Below, one piece after another: positions 29,999 through 40,749 of a stretch of DNA of 64,000 nt. The notes beneath the pieces were generated by a model. That model worked only from the letters and a program-made list of their open reading frames with translations. It made no database searches and was not told the origin of the DNA. The stretch's first letter is position 1. Each line of letters begins with the position of its first letter. The DNA is from an uncultured Marinoscillum sp. (GTDB lineage: Bacteria > Bacteroidota > Bacteroidia > Cytophagales > MED-G16), in NCBI GenBank assembly GCA_964527965.1, contig CAZGPH010000005.1, positions 16,395 through 80,394 on the forward strand. Reading direction: 5' to 3'. Made by a program: the position numbers and the translations under genes.

Positions 29999-32766
29999 CT
30001 ATCTAAAAATATTACTCCAACAATGGTTCTGGCCCTAATGTCACCATATTCAACAGGTGTTATCTCATAAAAATACATCCCTCTCTTCGCATCTCCAGTG
30101 GTATTTTTATCTACACCATCCCATATAATGTCATTATTCACAATACCATCAAACACTATTCTCTGGTACCTGTCCATTATCTTGACCTCAAATGTAACGT
30201 TTCCAAGTATTATATTCTTATATTTTACAGTAAAAAAGTCATTGAACCTATCTGAATTAGGAGTAAAGTATGATGGAAGCTCATACTCTGGATACTGGAT
30301 GTTTTCAATATTAATTAGAACTTTAGCGTAGTTAGATATACAGCCAAGGGAGTCCTGAACAGCATATGTAATACTATCTCTTTTAGTAGGAGATCCTATA
30401 TAATCATACGTTATTGTACCATCATTATTCACAACTAAATCCCCGTATAATGGCGGATCTAATATAAAAATACTTGAGGAATCAAGCGGATTATCAATAT
30501 CAAAATCATTTGCTATTAAATCTTTAGTTATAATATCATTAGTCAATGCATTCACAGATATTGTGTCATCTAAAGCTGTTGGACAATCATTAATTGAGTT
30601 GATTCTAATAGTTACAGTAGCCTTATCAGAGCAACTTGTAGAAGGATCCGGGTCTGTTATTTCATACTCAAATGTTACAATTTCAGGTCCAGGAGGACTT
30701 ATTTGAGTTGGTGGTGTGTATGTAAATGATCCATCAGACCTTAACTCTAAGTTCCCAATAGAAGGTGCAATAGTTACAGCATAGTTATTATCAGTAATTA
30801 CCAAGTCATTATCAGTATCATTTTTTGCAACTGTAGAGTCTAATACCTGTCCTTCATTTATAAAAAATGAATCATCTACTGCATCAGGACAATCGTTAAC
30901 TTGGTCTATACATATCGTAACTATGGCTGTGTCTAAACTATAAAAGTCTCCGTCAAATGCTACATATGTAAAGTAATCACTATCATCTTCACCACCATCG
31001 TGTGTGTAAGTAAACGTGCCGTCAGGATTAAAGAGAAGTGTACCGTGGGATACTCCTTGAATTAATTGAGCAGTTAAAATACTATCCTTTGGATCAGGAT
31101 CATTATCATTTCCTAGTACTCCAGTCGAATATGTGGCAATATTTAATGTTTCTCCCTCTTTAAGACATGGTATAAATCCATCATTATTTACTACAGGAGG
31201 TTTATCATTGACTGAATCAACCGATAATATAACTGTATATACTGAACCATTGCATTCCCCGTCTGAAAGTCTATAAGAAAATTGATCTTCAAAATTTTCA
31301 CTGTCATCATGTGTGTAGATAAAAGAACCATCAGATCCTAATGTAAAAGGACCAGCATGATATAATGGAGGTGTGATTAGAGATGCAGTTAACACATCAC
31401 ATGTATTATCATCTGTATCATTAAATAAGACACCAAGATTAGCTCCTATACTGATAGTCTGACCCTCTGATATTTTATAAAAATCATTTTCACCAATAGG
31501 ACACACATTATTTATGGTGATAAATACAGTATCTATAGATTCCGTAAGAGAATCTTTGACCTTGAATAAAAAATAATCTTCATTAGGCATATCTGTGCAG
31601 TCATGTTTATATATAAATGATCCATTAGAATTTATATCTCCAGAAGGAAGTAAAGTTCCCCTGAATGGATCTTGAAAAATTTCAACTGAAAGTTCAAGTC
31701 CAAGGTTACTTGATGAAACAGTAAGAATACTCTGTGATGAGTCAACCACAAGTTCCTTTCCTTCATCTACTGCAAAACTTAGTGAGCTAGTAGTAGGAGA
31801 TGGACTATTTATGCTAATAAAAACTGTGTCAGTCTCAACTGCATTATCTTGCCCATCTGATAGTTGGTATACAAAGTAGTCTTGATTAGGTATAAATGTA
31901 CCATCATGGATGTATATAAATGTTCCGTTAGAGTCTAGACTAAATGTGCCTATGTGCATACTTGGCGGCTGAACAAGAGTTACTCTTAACGTATCACATA
32001 CAAAAGAGTCAACATCATTTAGTAATATGCCATTTAACTCGTCAACATTTAATGTAGCACCATGATCTACAGAATACATATCTGGCTCTCCGAAAGGTGC
32101 CTCATTCTGAATAAATATAATAACACTATCTTGAAGTTCCGATGTCAGAAGACCATCATTAACTTTATACTGAAACACATCTAATGTTGCGTCATTACAT
32201 CCGTGGATATATGTAAAGGCTCCTCTGTTTCCAATTGAAAATATACCTTCGTTATAAAAAGGAGGAATGGTAAGTACAGCTCTTAATTCACTATTTATAT
32301 TATCTGTATCTAAATCGTTTTTGACTATAAGTAAAGAATCTGAATTTAAAACTACCAAAGTATCTCCCTCATTCACATAAAAAGTATCCTGAACAACTAC
32401 TGGCTTATCATTAACTGGCGTAATGCTTATCACAACGTCTGCAGTATCAAAACAAACTCCGTCTGTCATTACATATGTAAACAAATCAGAATAAAATTCA
32501 TCTCCAGCGTGCTGGTAGGTATAATCACCGTTAGACTCGAAAGTAAGAGAACCATGGTCAGGTAAATTAATAACGCTAAATATTTGGAGAAGATCACCAT
32601 CTAAATCTATATCATTACTAAGAACATTTCCATTAGTTATACCTCCCTCGTTAAGGATATTTCCATCATCAGCAGCAGTAGGACAACTATTTATATCATC
32701 TCCAATCAAATTACCATTAACTGAAAAGACAATTAAAAAAAGAAGGGCAAATACTTTTCTTAGCAT
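29995..32766 (-). CDS. secreted protein with 8 cadherin-like/'tandem-95'-type repeats of about 100 aa and a T9SS type B C-terminal domain
   Basis: Each of the eight repeats has the pattern ...GVLxNDxD...L.a.L...P.hG.l.l..dGsFtYthd....D.F.Y...DG......v.I.I..vND.P. The C-terminus is YFTPNSDRFNDFF...GMYFYEI...GVIFLDR. I place the start at the internal Met (MLRKVFALLFLIVFSVNG signal peptide). The track start at 32814 would add 16 aa. Confidence 0.75.
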   Translation of the reverse strand: MLRKVFALLFLIVFSVNGNLIGDDINSCPTAADDGNILNEGGITNGNVLSNDIDLDGDLLQIFSVINLPDHGSLTFESNGDYTYQHAGDEFYSDLFTYVMTDGVCFDTADVVISITPVNDKPVVVQDTFYVNEGDTLVVLNSDSLLIVKNDLDTDNINSELRAVLTIPPFYNEGIFSIGNRGAFTYIHGCNDATLDVFQYKVNDGLLTSELQDSVIIFIQNEAPFGEPDMYSVDHGATLNVDELNGILLNDVDSFVCDTLRVTLVQPPSMHIGTFSLDSNGTFIYIHDGTFIPNQDYFVYQLSDGQDNAVETDTVFISINSPSPTTSSLSFAVDEGKELVVDSSQSILTVSSSNLGLELSVEIFQDPFRGTLLPSGDINSNGSFIYKHDCTDMPNEDYFLFKVKDSLTESIDTVFITINNVCPIGENDFYKISEGQTISIGANLGVLFNDTDDNTCDVLTASLITPPLYHAGPFTLGSDGSFIYTHDDSENFEDQFSYRLSDGECNGSVYTVILSVDSVNDKPPVVNNDGFIPCLKEGETLNIATYSTGVLGNDNDPDPKDSILTAQLIQGVSHGTLLFNPDGTFTYTHDGGEDDSDYFTYVAFDGDFYSLDTAIVTICIDQVNDCPDAVDDSFFINEGQVLDSTVAKNDTDNDLVITDNNYAVTIAPSIGNLELRSDGSFTYTPPTQISPPGPEIVTFEYEITDPDPSTSCSDKATVTIRINSINDCPTALDDTISVNALTNDIITKDLIANDFDIDNPLDSSSIFILDPPLYGDLVVNNDGTITYDYIGSPTKRDSITYAVQDSLGCISNYAKVLINIENIQYPEYELPSYFTPNSDRFNDFFTVKYKNIILGNVTFEVKIMDRYQRIVFDGIVNNDIIWDGVDKNTTGDAKRGMYFYEITPVEYGDIRARTIVGVIFLDR
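29998..30291 (-). other. T9SS type B (gliding-motility-associated, CHU_C-like) C-terminal sorting domain
   Basis: The last ~98 aa read YELPSYFTPNSDRFNDFFTVKY...IMDRYQRIVFDG...WDG....G....GMYFYEI... Confidence 0.7.
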
Positions 32767-32830
32767 GTATTGTAATTTGATATTTAACGCAAATTTAGTC
32801 AATATATTTTCCAAATCTTAATTCTAAAGT

Positions 32831-35800
32831 CTAATCTCTTTTAATAAAAACAAAGCCAGTAAGTGGTTTTGTATCATTTCCTAGATCTAAAATATAGAAG
32901 TATGTTCCCTCAGGTAATGCTCCATCACCAAAAAATATCTTCATCTGATTAGTACCGTCCCAGTCGTTACTATATTTTCTTTTCTCAAATACCCTATTAT
33001 TCCATCTGTTATATATTCTAATTTTATGATTTGGATACTGTTCAAGTCCCCTAATTACCCAAGTGTCATTTATCCCATCATTATTCGGTGAAAATCCATT
33101 AGGAATATGTAAGTCCTTATGATAGACCTCTATCTCAAATGGGGAGGTAAGTATATCATCTTCACATAAATAGGAAGGCGATGATATAATAAGCCTATAG
33201 CTCAAGAAGATGTTATCTAACTGATTCTGATCAAAGTTTACACCTGAAATTTTTAATAAATTAGTATTTGACCCTGTGTAAGATGTCAGACCCATGACCG
33301 TGTCAGATATGTTCTTCCAGAATAGACTGTACTCATCTTGTACCTGCCACTGGTAAACAAATCTGTTGGTTAAGTTAACATCTACAAATAGGCTGAATGT
33401 ATCACCTTCTCTAACTAGAGAATACATCTCAGGAGAACTTAATATATCTATAGTAAAGCCTTCCTCTAGGAAGTCATAGGTGCCATTATTATCATTATCC
33501 ACTGGTAATTCATATCCTGTATCAGAATCGACTAGACCTAATGAATCTACAGAAACAGGACTATTTCCAAGCATTCCATCATTATCTTTATCTTGAAACC
33601 CTGCCTCCCTCACATCAAAACAATCATCGTCGTCAGAGTCAAAGTCTCTGTTATTATTTCTTCCATCAGAATCTACGTCATTGCACACATAGGCATAAAT
33701 TTTATTGTCGGAAATAAAAGTTGATGGGCCGTCATGGTTAGTGTTTTTCACTTCTAAATTAAACCCTTCCTTACATGAGAAGCTAAAACTCTTATCTAAA
33801 ACCCAACCATCAACGGTATTATCCATATAAGGTATCACATCTACCATCTGACCGTCAATAGTCTCAGAATATAGTTTAATAGATCCGTCTCTTATCACTA
33901 ACTCTATTTTTATATTTTTATCCCAAGGGAACCATTTATTTCCAAAAATTCCTCCATTAAACTCCCTTGTGAGGTAAGGATCAGCTTTCCCACGGGTCAC
34001 ATCCCAGTGGTACTGATTAAATGAAAGTATTGTCTTTCCGTCAACCCTCACTTGTATGCCATCATCAAAGTTCATGTCAGACACGTAGTAACAGCTCTCG
34101 TATACATCTCCTGGTGACACAAACATAGAGACGTTAATATTATTACCATATATGTCTCCAAATCCTCCAGATCCAGTATTTCCTGTGAATTGAGCTACGA
34201 TAGGATACCCAGATGTTATAAGCGTATCTACATCACCACTTATAAGTAAACTTGAATTGTTTTCACATTCTAAAGAGTCGTAAATTCCGTCATTGTCATC
34301 ATCTAGATCAGAAAAATCTCCGACAAAGTCCACGTCAAAATCTTTAGCTATTTTAATTCTAAAAGGATCAGAAACTACCTGTCCTCCACAAATGAATGAT
34401 GGAGTTGATACAATTACTCTAAATATTCTGTTATTATAACTAATGTCTGCATTCATAATTTCAAGGATATTTGAGGTGTTAGATAGTCCTTCCCAAGTCA
34501 TACCTCCGTTATCACTTACTTGCCACATAAAAAGCACTTTAGTGTCTGAATTTTTAACCTCAACTGTTACACTTACTGAGGAGTCACTTCTCTCTACAAT
34601 GTATACGTCCGATGGCTCAACAATAATATTTACTTCAGACCCAAAATCAAGGTAATCCGAAATGAAGTTACTGTCTCTATCCACTGGATCTGTGTACCCA
34701 TTTCCATCTCCCCCACTAATAACCTTACCATTTTCATCAACAACAACTGGAACGCCTCCTAACATACCGTCTCCATCAGGGTCAGAAAATCCAGCTTCTA
34801 TCACATCATCACAACCATCTCCGTCTGAGTCTTGATCAAAAGAGTTAATTATACCATCTCCATCTGTGTCTCCATTACCTTCTACATAATCATATATCCC
34901 ATCATTATCATCATCAACATCATCTGTGTCAGGAATACCATCAACATCATTATCAGGTAATACAGTTAGTAATCTAGAAGTACTTGTTGTGTCATCTCCG
35001 CATCTGTAGGATGGAGTAGAAACTATCACCCTATATAGATTTTTAGATAAGGTAAGAGGTGCTCCCAAAATCTTTAAAGTATCTGTAGATACTCCTGAGT
35101 ATGGTAAAGAATCCTCAACAATTTGCCATGTTATACCACCATCCTTTGAGAGTTCCCATGTATATGAAATATTACTTAAAGATGAAGATGAAACAGCAAA
35201 GTAGGTATCACTCTGCTCTGTAATAATTTGTGATTCAGATATAGAATCTAGAGATACTGGACCTCCAAACTCTAAGAAGTCATAAACCCCGGAATTATCA
35301 TTATCCTCAGGTACTTTGTAATTACAGAACCCATAATTTCCTGAAATTATAATATCGTCTATTATCCCAAATAGGAAATCTCCCGAATCCTGAGAACCTC
35401 CAATTAGAACAGGTGAACTATTTAAACCTATCCCGGTTGAATCCACAAATGAGAGTACAGTATCACCATTAACAAAGTGCGTATACACATCCCCATCTTT
35501 CTGTATTACGAGGTGGTACCAATCAAATTGATTAAATAGTGTCTCCACTGAAGGCATTTCATCTTGTCCATCACCTACATCAAAAATAAGTTCTGAGGTA
35601 TCGTTCACATATTCATACTTATATACCCAAGATGAATCTGTAGAATACTTTTGAATTAATGGCTTTGTTTCTCCAGAGTTAATTAGATCATAAGGTTTTA
35701 CCCATAATGAAACAGAAAATCTCTCATACAAACCTAGATTTAGAAGTGAATCATGAACAACAGATATGTAGTCATCAACACCATCAAATAAGTATGCTGA

Positions 35801-38800
35801 ATTTGGGATTCCAAATCTATCTGCATCTAGAGAAGGGCCGTTTAAAATTCCATTGAAATTATTACCTGAGGAGTCAGCAGAGTTACCGCTAAAATCATAT
35901 TTTGCTATATATTCTTCAACTACAAGACCTAAACCGTCAACCTTGACAGGTGAATTACCTAGTATCCCGTCATTATCAGGATCTACACAACCAGATTCCA
36001 ATACATCAAAGCAACCATCACCGTCTGAATCGAGGTCAAATGAGTTTATTATACCATCACCATCAGCGTCTCCATCACCCTCGTAAATATCATATATACC
36101 ATCGTTATCGTCGTCAAGATCATCTTCGTCAGCAATTCCATCTTTATCATTATCAGGTAGTACAGTTAGTGCAACACTGGAAAACACATCTTCATCACAT
36201 ACAAATGCTGGAGTCGAAATTTTAACTTTGAACTGGTACTCATTAAATTCAAGTGGTGCGTTAGTGAGAGTAAGAACAGATGAATTTGTTCCTGTATAAA
36301 TAGCATTATCAGCAATATCTAGCCAATTTTCCCCCTCATCTTCTGAAACCATCCACTGAAATATTGCTGTGCCATCAACTAAATATTCTACCTCATATCT
36401 TGCGTCTCTTGTCTCTATGATAGAAACACTTAAAGGGTCAGAAGTGATAGTGATAGCAGATCCCTTTTCAAGGAAGTCATACACTGCATTAGAGTCTCTG
36501 TCAAGAGGATTAACATACCCATCCAACCTCGGAATTACTGTGCCTAATGAGTCTACTTCTACAGGTGATGTACCAAGAATACCGTCTCCGTCTCCGTCAG
36601 TAAAACCAGCCTCGGTAACATCTAGACATCCGTCTCCATCAGAATCAAGGTCAAAAGCATTAGGTATGCCGTCAGAATCTGCGTCCCCGACCCCCTCATC
36701 TACATCAAAGATGCCGTCATTATCATCATCTAGATCATCAACATCTGGAATTTTATCCTTGTCATTATCAGGAAGACAATTTAGCACGGCACTACTACAA
36801 TAAACAGGTTCCGAGCAATAAAGTTGGTTTGATATCACTACCCTATACTGATTTTGATCCATCTCGATCACCACACTATCTATTTTTAAAGTATCAGAAT
36901 TTATCCCTGAGTATACACTTGTATCCGCTAAATTGATCCATCCCTCTCCGAGGTTGAGTTGCCACTGGTACGTTATAGGACCTTCGTAATCTACACCCAC
37001 AAAGAAAAAAGTTTGTGTTTCTATTGCGATCCTCACATCTTCAGGGTCTAAGGTAACCAAAGGACTTAATGAGACTTCCTTATAGTCTTTAACTCCGTTT
37101 ATATCTAAGTCTAAGGGGTCGGTGTAGCCGTCTTCTACAGGTTGTCCCCCTCCTAATGCCGAACAAGTTCCAGTTATTATAACACTCTGATTATTTACTG
37201 AACCACCAGTTGCGGCAGTAAAACCATAATAAACCTTTGAATTACCATTAAATATTTCATTTACTATGTCTTTTGTAGAGGAAATTATTACGTTTCCATC
37301 CCAAGAAACAGTTAAGTTTTTGTTTGTGCTATTCCAGCTAAATATGACTTCATGGTAAATATTATCAGCTATCTCTGAGGTAAATATATACTCATTGTTA
37401 TGTATTGACGTCTGACCATCATATACAATGGCTGCATGATCACCATCTGGATCATTTGTATTCCACTTATATGTATCAAATTCAACGGCTACAGAAGGTG
37501 CTATTCCCATGTAACCAATACCACCTCCCGTTGAACCCTGATCTGAAGATAATGGCTGCAAAACAAATGCTATTCCATCTGCACCATTCGCACCTTGAAT
37601 ATTTCCTAAATTTAATTTAGACTTAACTTCAAAATCTTTTGAGAGGTCAACAGTTTCCAGAGACCATACGGCCCCAGACTGGTTACCTAACTCTTCTGTA
37701 AGTAGGTAAGAACTATCTGTCTCAATAAACTGTGCTGAACCTACAATGTTATAGTCAGTAACATTCAGAGGAGAACATTCTTGAATCCCATCACATCCAA
37801 TAACTACACCTAGAGAGTCAACTACAACGGGTGAGATACATAATATTCCGTCATCATCAGGGTCACTAAAACCAGCTTCAACAACATCAAAACAACCGTC
37901 TCCATCTGTGTCAAGGTCAAAACTATTAATAATCCCATCTCCGTCTAAATCGGTAGTATCCTCCTCAGAGTCAAATATCCCATCATTATCGTCATCTAAA
38001 TCTATCTCGTCGGGTACACAGTCCCCGTCATTGTCTGGAAGCATTTTTATTGAGGCAGCGTTTGTGGTATCTCCAACACCACATACAAATCCTTTGGTCT
38101 CCACAATTGCCCTGTACATATTTCCGACAAAAGAGCTATCAAAATCAATTATCTTAAGCTTTTTATCAATAATACCCTCGTAATTCTCTACATCAAATAT
38201 CCTCTTCCAAGAGTTACCTGAGTCATAACTTACCTGCCAACGGTAAGATACGTTTACTCCTTCTCCCTCAGCCTCGAAGAATAAGTCAATATTATCTAAG
38301 TCTGGACAGGGTTCTAATATTATATCTTCAGGGTGTGTGACTATAGAGAGCTGGAATCCATTTTCCCTGAAATCAGGAGCTCCGCTTCCATCTAGGTCAG
38401 CTGGTAGTGTGTACCCGTCAACAACATCAGTATTATCATCATTTTTAATCACCATACCACGGACGTCTACATATACTCCATTTGTAGAGCCATACCCCAA
38501 AATTCCGTTATTGTCTTGGTCTGTGAACCCTGCCTCTTGTGTGTCAAAACATCCGTCATTATCAGAGTCTAGATCATACCTGTTAATTAGGCCGTCTCCG
38601 TCAGTGTCTTCATCTCCCTCCCAGGCATCTAATATCCCATCATTGTCATCGTCAAGGTCATCAGCGTCAGTCACACCATCTTCATCAAAGTCTGAGTATG
38701 AATAAAAATAACCAGCAAGACCCTGTACCGAGTTATATCCGTAGTACTGACCATATACAGGTCCGTCAGATTCTATGGTAAGTCTTTTGTCAGGACCTAG

Positions 38801-40684
38801 AGGAAGTATAGTCGCGAGGTCTGAGTTATCGAAAAGGTACCATGAGAGGTCATCTCTACCCTCTATAGTCTCTGTGAAGGGTGTGTATGAGCTTGCTTGA
38901 GTACCATTTAGCTTAAGGTCTGCACCTGTAGAAGATAGTATCCTTAGTTCCATCTCAAACTTTGTGGTTGCAATATCTTCGATATTATAGATTCCGTCAA
39001 TCTTATTTGAAGCCAAAGGGTTAATTCCACTCACAAGCATCATCGCCTGTTTTGCAGCATTCCCATCCTGTCCGGCCATATTCTGGTACCCGTAAACTCT
39101 CTTGTTTGAGAGGACATAAATCTGGTTATCAGAAGTTACGTTATCACCTCCAAAGTATAGTAATTTATACTCACCAGCATCTATTATATGATCTGCAGGA
39201 GTTGAGGCAGTATCTGCTGCTGCTGTGTGTAGCCATATCTTGGTATTGTCTTCGTGAGCGACAATGATCGCGTACTCGTTGGTATTACTCTGCTCACCAT
39301 TGATATTAATTTCTCCTCCAGATCTAAGGAAGACATACTCATTTGATACATTTTCAATCGGTTTTATCTGGTCAAAACCTATATCCCTTCCGTTCCCCTG
39401 CCAGGAATTACTTCCTCCCCAGAATCCAACGTTAACAACAATATTTTTATCAGACTCAAGAAGAGCACCTACTAACGCGTCATAATGTTCTAAAGATGAA
39501 CCCGGAGTGTTATCCAGTGCAAATGCGTGTGTCTGGTACTGGTTCAGGAAGAATGTATAGTCTCCATTGCTATCTAAAACGTAGTCTTGACTATTACCAA
39601 GGACATTTTCCCAATCTGATTCCTCCCCACCAAGTCCTGACAATTTGACTTCAGTCAGATCTTTTTCAAGTGCTAAAACAGTGAAAAATACTCTCCTGTG
39701 TATCGACTGAATGTTTGATATCCCATGACCTAATCTGAAAGTTTTACCTGAAGCTGACTCACCCTTAAGAAATGAAGAGTTTGCCTGCTGACGGTCATAG
39801 AAATTAAGTGATGACCCGTCGTCCCACCTCCAACCTCCGGAAGGTTCAGAATATAATGGGTCAGAGGGATCTTGGAATAGACCTATCCAAGGACCATATT
39901 CCTGATCTTCAAAAGGAAGTTCTTCAAACCAATCGACGATTTGATCTTGTTCCTCTTGAGTATTTATACTTACTAAGTACCCGCCTAGTCCTATTGCTAT
40001 ATCTCTTGACTCTGTCCAAGTGAATTCATTTAATTCACTTTCTATATTTGACATAAAATAGCTGTGACCATCAAAAAAACCAAGAAATATATAGTCAATA
40101 CCCAAGGAGTCCAGATTATAATCAAACTCAACTATAAAAGGAAGTTTATTATTATTAGATAGATCATTCCATAGCCCATTCCACCAGATATGTGCATAAT
40201 TTTCCTCACCATTGTCATTAGAACAGCAGTCATTAGGTTCATCAAAATCTCCTTTAGTATTCCAACTCGTATACTGTGTAAGTACATTAGGATCAAAATT
40301 TCCTGCCTGAAACCTTGTCTCTACAAATATTGGGATAGGTTTTGAGAGGCCGACATCACTAAAACCTTCTACCATCATACCCTTATCAGAGAGGTTGCTA
40401 CCTAGGTCTTCAGTTAAAATTATAAGTGGGGTCTTCTCATCGTTCCCCACCCTATAGGATATGGACCTACCCTTAATTAGAGTCAAAACATCATAATCTT
40501 GGGATCCAAACTTTGAAACCTTAATATAGATGTCATCATCATCATGAGGAGATGTTATGTATATATACTGTTCTTTTGCGAAGAGTGTATTCTTCTGGTT
40601 TGAGTGAACTGGGCCAACGTAATGGACTATAGACTGCGAGTAGACATTAAAACAAAGGAAAAATAGAGGTATAAGTAGTCTCAT
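32831..40684 (-). CDS. 2,617-aa secreted modular adhesin-like protein (TSP3-like Ca wires, Ig-like, C-type-lectin-like, L-type-lectin-like and LamG domains) with T9SS type B C-terminal domain
   Basis: Has a signal peptide [17 protein letters not shown]. It carries 5 full and 2 partial acidic modules of the form [66 protein letters not shown]. It has 6 Ig-like domains (Y.WQVS.D.G..W ... Y..G..t..L.I ... YR.vvs.P...C). Lectin and LamG domains are listed below. The C-terminus is [19 protein letters not shown]....[10 protein letters not shown]...GTYFYIL. Confidence 0.85.
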   Translation of the reverse strand: MRLLIPLFFLCFNVYSQSIVHYVGPVHSNQKNTLFAKEQYIYITSPHDDDDIYIKVSKFGSQDYDVLTLIKGRSISYRVGNDEKTPLIILTEDLGSNLSDKGMMVEGFSDVGLSKPIPIFVETRFQAGNFDPNVLTQYTSWNTKGDFDEPNDCCSNDNGEENYAHIWWNGLWNDLSNNNKLPFIVEFDYNLDSLGIDYIFLGFFDGHSYFMSNIESELNEFTWTESRDIAIGLGGYLVSINTQEEQDQIVDWFEELPFEDQEYGPWIGLFQDPSDPLYSEPSGGWRWDDGSSLNFYDRQQANSSFLKGESASGKTFRLGHGISNIQSIHRRVFFTVLALEKDLTEVKLSGLGGEESDWENVLGNSQDYVLDSNGDYTFFLNQYQTHAFALDNTPGSSLEHYDALVGALLESDKNIVVNVGFWGGSNSWQGNGRDIGFDQIKPIENVSNEYVFLRSGGEININGEQSNTNEYAIIVAHEDNTKIWLHTAAADTASTPADHIIDAGEYKLLYFGGDNVTSDNQIYVLSNKRVYGYQNMAGQDGNAAKQAMMLVSGINPLASNKIDGIYNIEDIATTKFEMELRILSSTGADLKLNGTQASSYTPFTETIEGRDDLSWYLFDNSDLATILPLGPDKRLTIESDGPVYGQYYGYNSVQGLAGYFYSYSDFDEDGVTDADDLDDDNDGILDAWEGDEDTDGDGLINRYDLDSDNDGCFDTQEAGFTDQDNNGILGYGSTNGVYVDVRGMVIKNDDNTDVVDGYTLPADLDGSGAPDFRENGFQLSIVTHPEDIILEPCPDLDNIDLFFEAEGEGVNVSYRWQVSYDSGNSWKRIFDVENYEGIIDKKLKIIDFDSSFVGNMYRAIVETKGFVCGVGDTTNAASIKMLPDNDGDCVPDEIDLDDDNDGIFDSEEDTTDLDGDGIINSFDLDTDGDGCFDVVEAGFSDPDDDGILCISPVVVDSLGVVIGCDGIQECSPLNVTDYNIVGSAQFIETDSSYLLTEELGNQSGAVWSLETVDLSKDFEVKSKLNLGNIQGANGADGIAFVLQPLSSDQGSTGGGIGYMGIAPSVAVEFDTYKWNTNDPDGDHAAIVYDGQTSIHNNEYIFTSEIADNIYHEVIFSWNSTNKNLTVSWDGNVIISSTKDIVNEIFNGNSKVYYGFTAATGGSVNNQSVIITGTCSALGGGQPVEDGYTDPLDLDINGVKDYKEVSLSPLVTLDPEDVRIAIETQTFFFVGVDYEGPITYQWQLNLGEGWINLADTSVYSGINSDTLKIDSVVIEMDQNQYRVVISNQLYCSEPVYCSSAVLNCLPDNDKDKIPDVDDLDDDNDGIFDVDEGVGDADSDGIPNAFDLDSDGDGCLDVTEAGFTDGDGDGILGTSPVEVDSLGTVIPRLDGYVNPLDRDSNAVYDFLEKGSAITITSDPLSVSIIETRDARYEVEYLVDGTAIFQWMVSEDEGENWLDIADNAIYTGTNSSVLTLTNAPLEFNEYQFKVKISTPAFVCDEDVFSSVALTVLPDNDKDGIADEDDLDDDNDGIYDIYEGDGDADGDGIINSFDLDSDGDGCFDVLESGCVDPDNDGILGNSPVKVDGLGLVVEEYIAKYDFSGNSADSSGNNFNGILNGPSLDADRFGIPNSAYLFDGVDDYISVVHDSLLNLGLYERFSVSLWVKPYDLINSGETKPLIQKYSTDSSWVYKYEYVNDTSELIFDVGDGQDEMPSVETLFNQFDWYHLVIQKDGDVYTHFVNGDTVLSFVDSTGIGLNSSPVLIGGSQDSGDFLFGIIDDIIISGNYGFCNYKVPEDNDNSGVYDFLEFGGPVSLDSISESQIITEQSDTYFAVSSSSLSNISYTWELSKDGGITWQIVEDSLPYSGVSTDTLKILGAPLTLSKNLYRVIVSTPSYRCGDDTTSTSRLLTVLPDNDVDGIPDTDDVDDDNDGIYDYVEGNGDTDGDGIINSFDQDSDGDGCDDVIEAGFSDPDGDGMLGGVPVVVDENGKVISGGDGNGYTDPVDRDSNFISDYLDFGSEVNIIVEPSDVYIVERSDSSVSVTVEVKNSDTKVLFMWQVSDNGGMTWEGLSNTSNILEIMNADISYNNRIFRVIVSTPSFICGGQVVSDPFRIKIAKDFDVDFVGDFSDLDDDNDGIYDSLECENNSSLLISGDVDTLITSGYPIVAQFTGNTGSGGFGDIYGNNINVSMFVSPGDVYESCYYVSDMNFDDGIQVRVDGKTILSFNQYHWDVTRGKADPYLTREFNGGIFGNKWFPWDKNIKIELVIRDGSIKLYSETIDGQMVDVIPYMDNTVDGWVLDKSFSFSCKEGFNLEVKNTNHDGPSTFISDNKIYAYVCNDVDSDGRNNNRDFDSDDDDCFDVREAGFQDKDNDGMLGNSPVSVDSLGLVDSDTGYELPVDNDNNGTYDFLEEGFTIDILSSPEMYSLVREGDTFSLFVDVNLTNRFVYQWQVQDEYSLFWKNISDTVMGLTSYTGSNTNLLKISGVNFDQNQLDNIFLSYRLIISSPSYLCEDDILTSPFEIEVYHKDLHIPNGFSPNNDGINDTWVIRGLEQYPNHKIRIYNRWNNRVFEKRKYSNDWDGTNQMKIFFGDGALPEGTYFYILDLGNDTKPLTGFVFIKRD
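32834..33115 (-). other. T9SS type B C-terminal sorting domain of the 2,617-aa protein
   Basis: Residues ~2524-2617 read [54 protein letters not shown]...[12 protein letters not shown]. Confidence 0.75.
35330..35905 (-). other. LamG / concanavalin-A-like lectin domain (Laminin_G_3-like)
   Basis: Residues ~1594-1785 read [47 protein letters not shown]...FSVSLWVKP...[20 protein letters not shown]...VLIGG. Confidence 0.6.
37160..37762 (-). other. L-type (legume-like) lectin domain
   Basis: Residues ~975-1175 read [27 protein letters not shown]...[28 protein letters not shown]...[35 protein letters not shown]...[18 protein letters not shown]. Confidence 0.6.
39797..40267 (-). other. C-type-lectin-like domain with apparently permuted segment order
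   Basis: In residues ~140-296, [12 protein letters not shown]...[16 protein letters not shown]...PFIVEF (the C-terminal-half motifs EPN, E and WND) comes first. GHSYFMSN...[32 protein letters not shown]...PWIGLFQD...[17 protein letters not shown] (the N-terminal-half motifs) follows. Confidence 0.5.
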
Positions 40685-40749
40685 CAGTACATAAATATAC
40701 TAATCATGGGTTAAAACATGATAAAAGAGTACCTATAATTAATGATTAT

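Noticed and set aside
32767-32814. Upstream-extended starts offered by the ORF track for the 939-aa protein (32814), PorP/SprF copy 1 (44066) and the Nif3-like gene (TTG at 19785).
   Set aside because: Internal Met codons give canonical signal peptides (MLRKVFALLFLIVFSVNG and MMRKVILFLVVISASFSARAQ) or a typical family N-terminus (MKLSKIIESLEKWAP). They also remove an overlap with the upstream giant gene. The alternative starts cannot be excluded without experimental data.
36369-36803. Plus-strand ORFs inside the adhesin genes. Examples are 36369-36803 (144 aa), 38337-38705, 45242-45637, 47351-47698, 49529-50038 (169 aa), 50663-51058, 56321-56797 (158 aa) and 59912-60577 (221 aa). All are rich in S, P, L and V and contain recurring strings such as [10 protein letters not shown] and IPSLSSS.
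   Set aside because: They are the antisense reading of the Asp/Gly-rich repeat codons (GAC/GAT/GGA read backwards). Their repeated motifs mirror the DLDSDGDG modules. They have no independent start context and lie entirely inside a far longer, motif-rich minus-strand frame.
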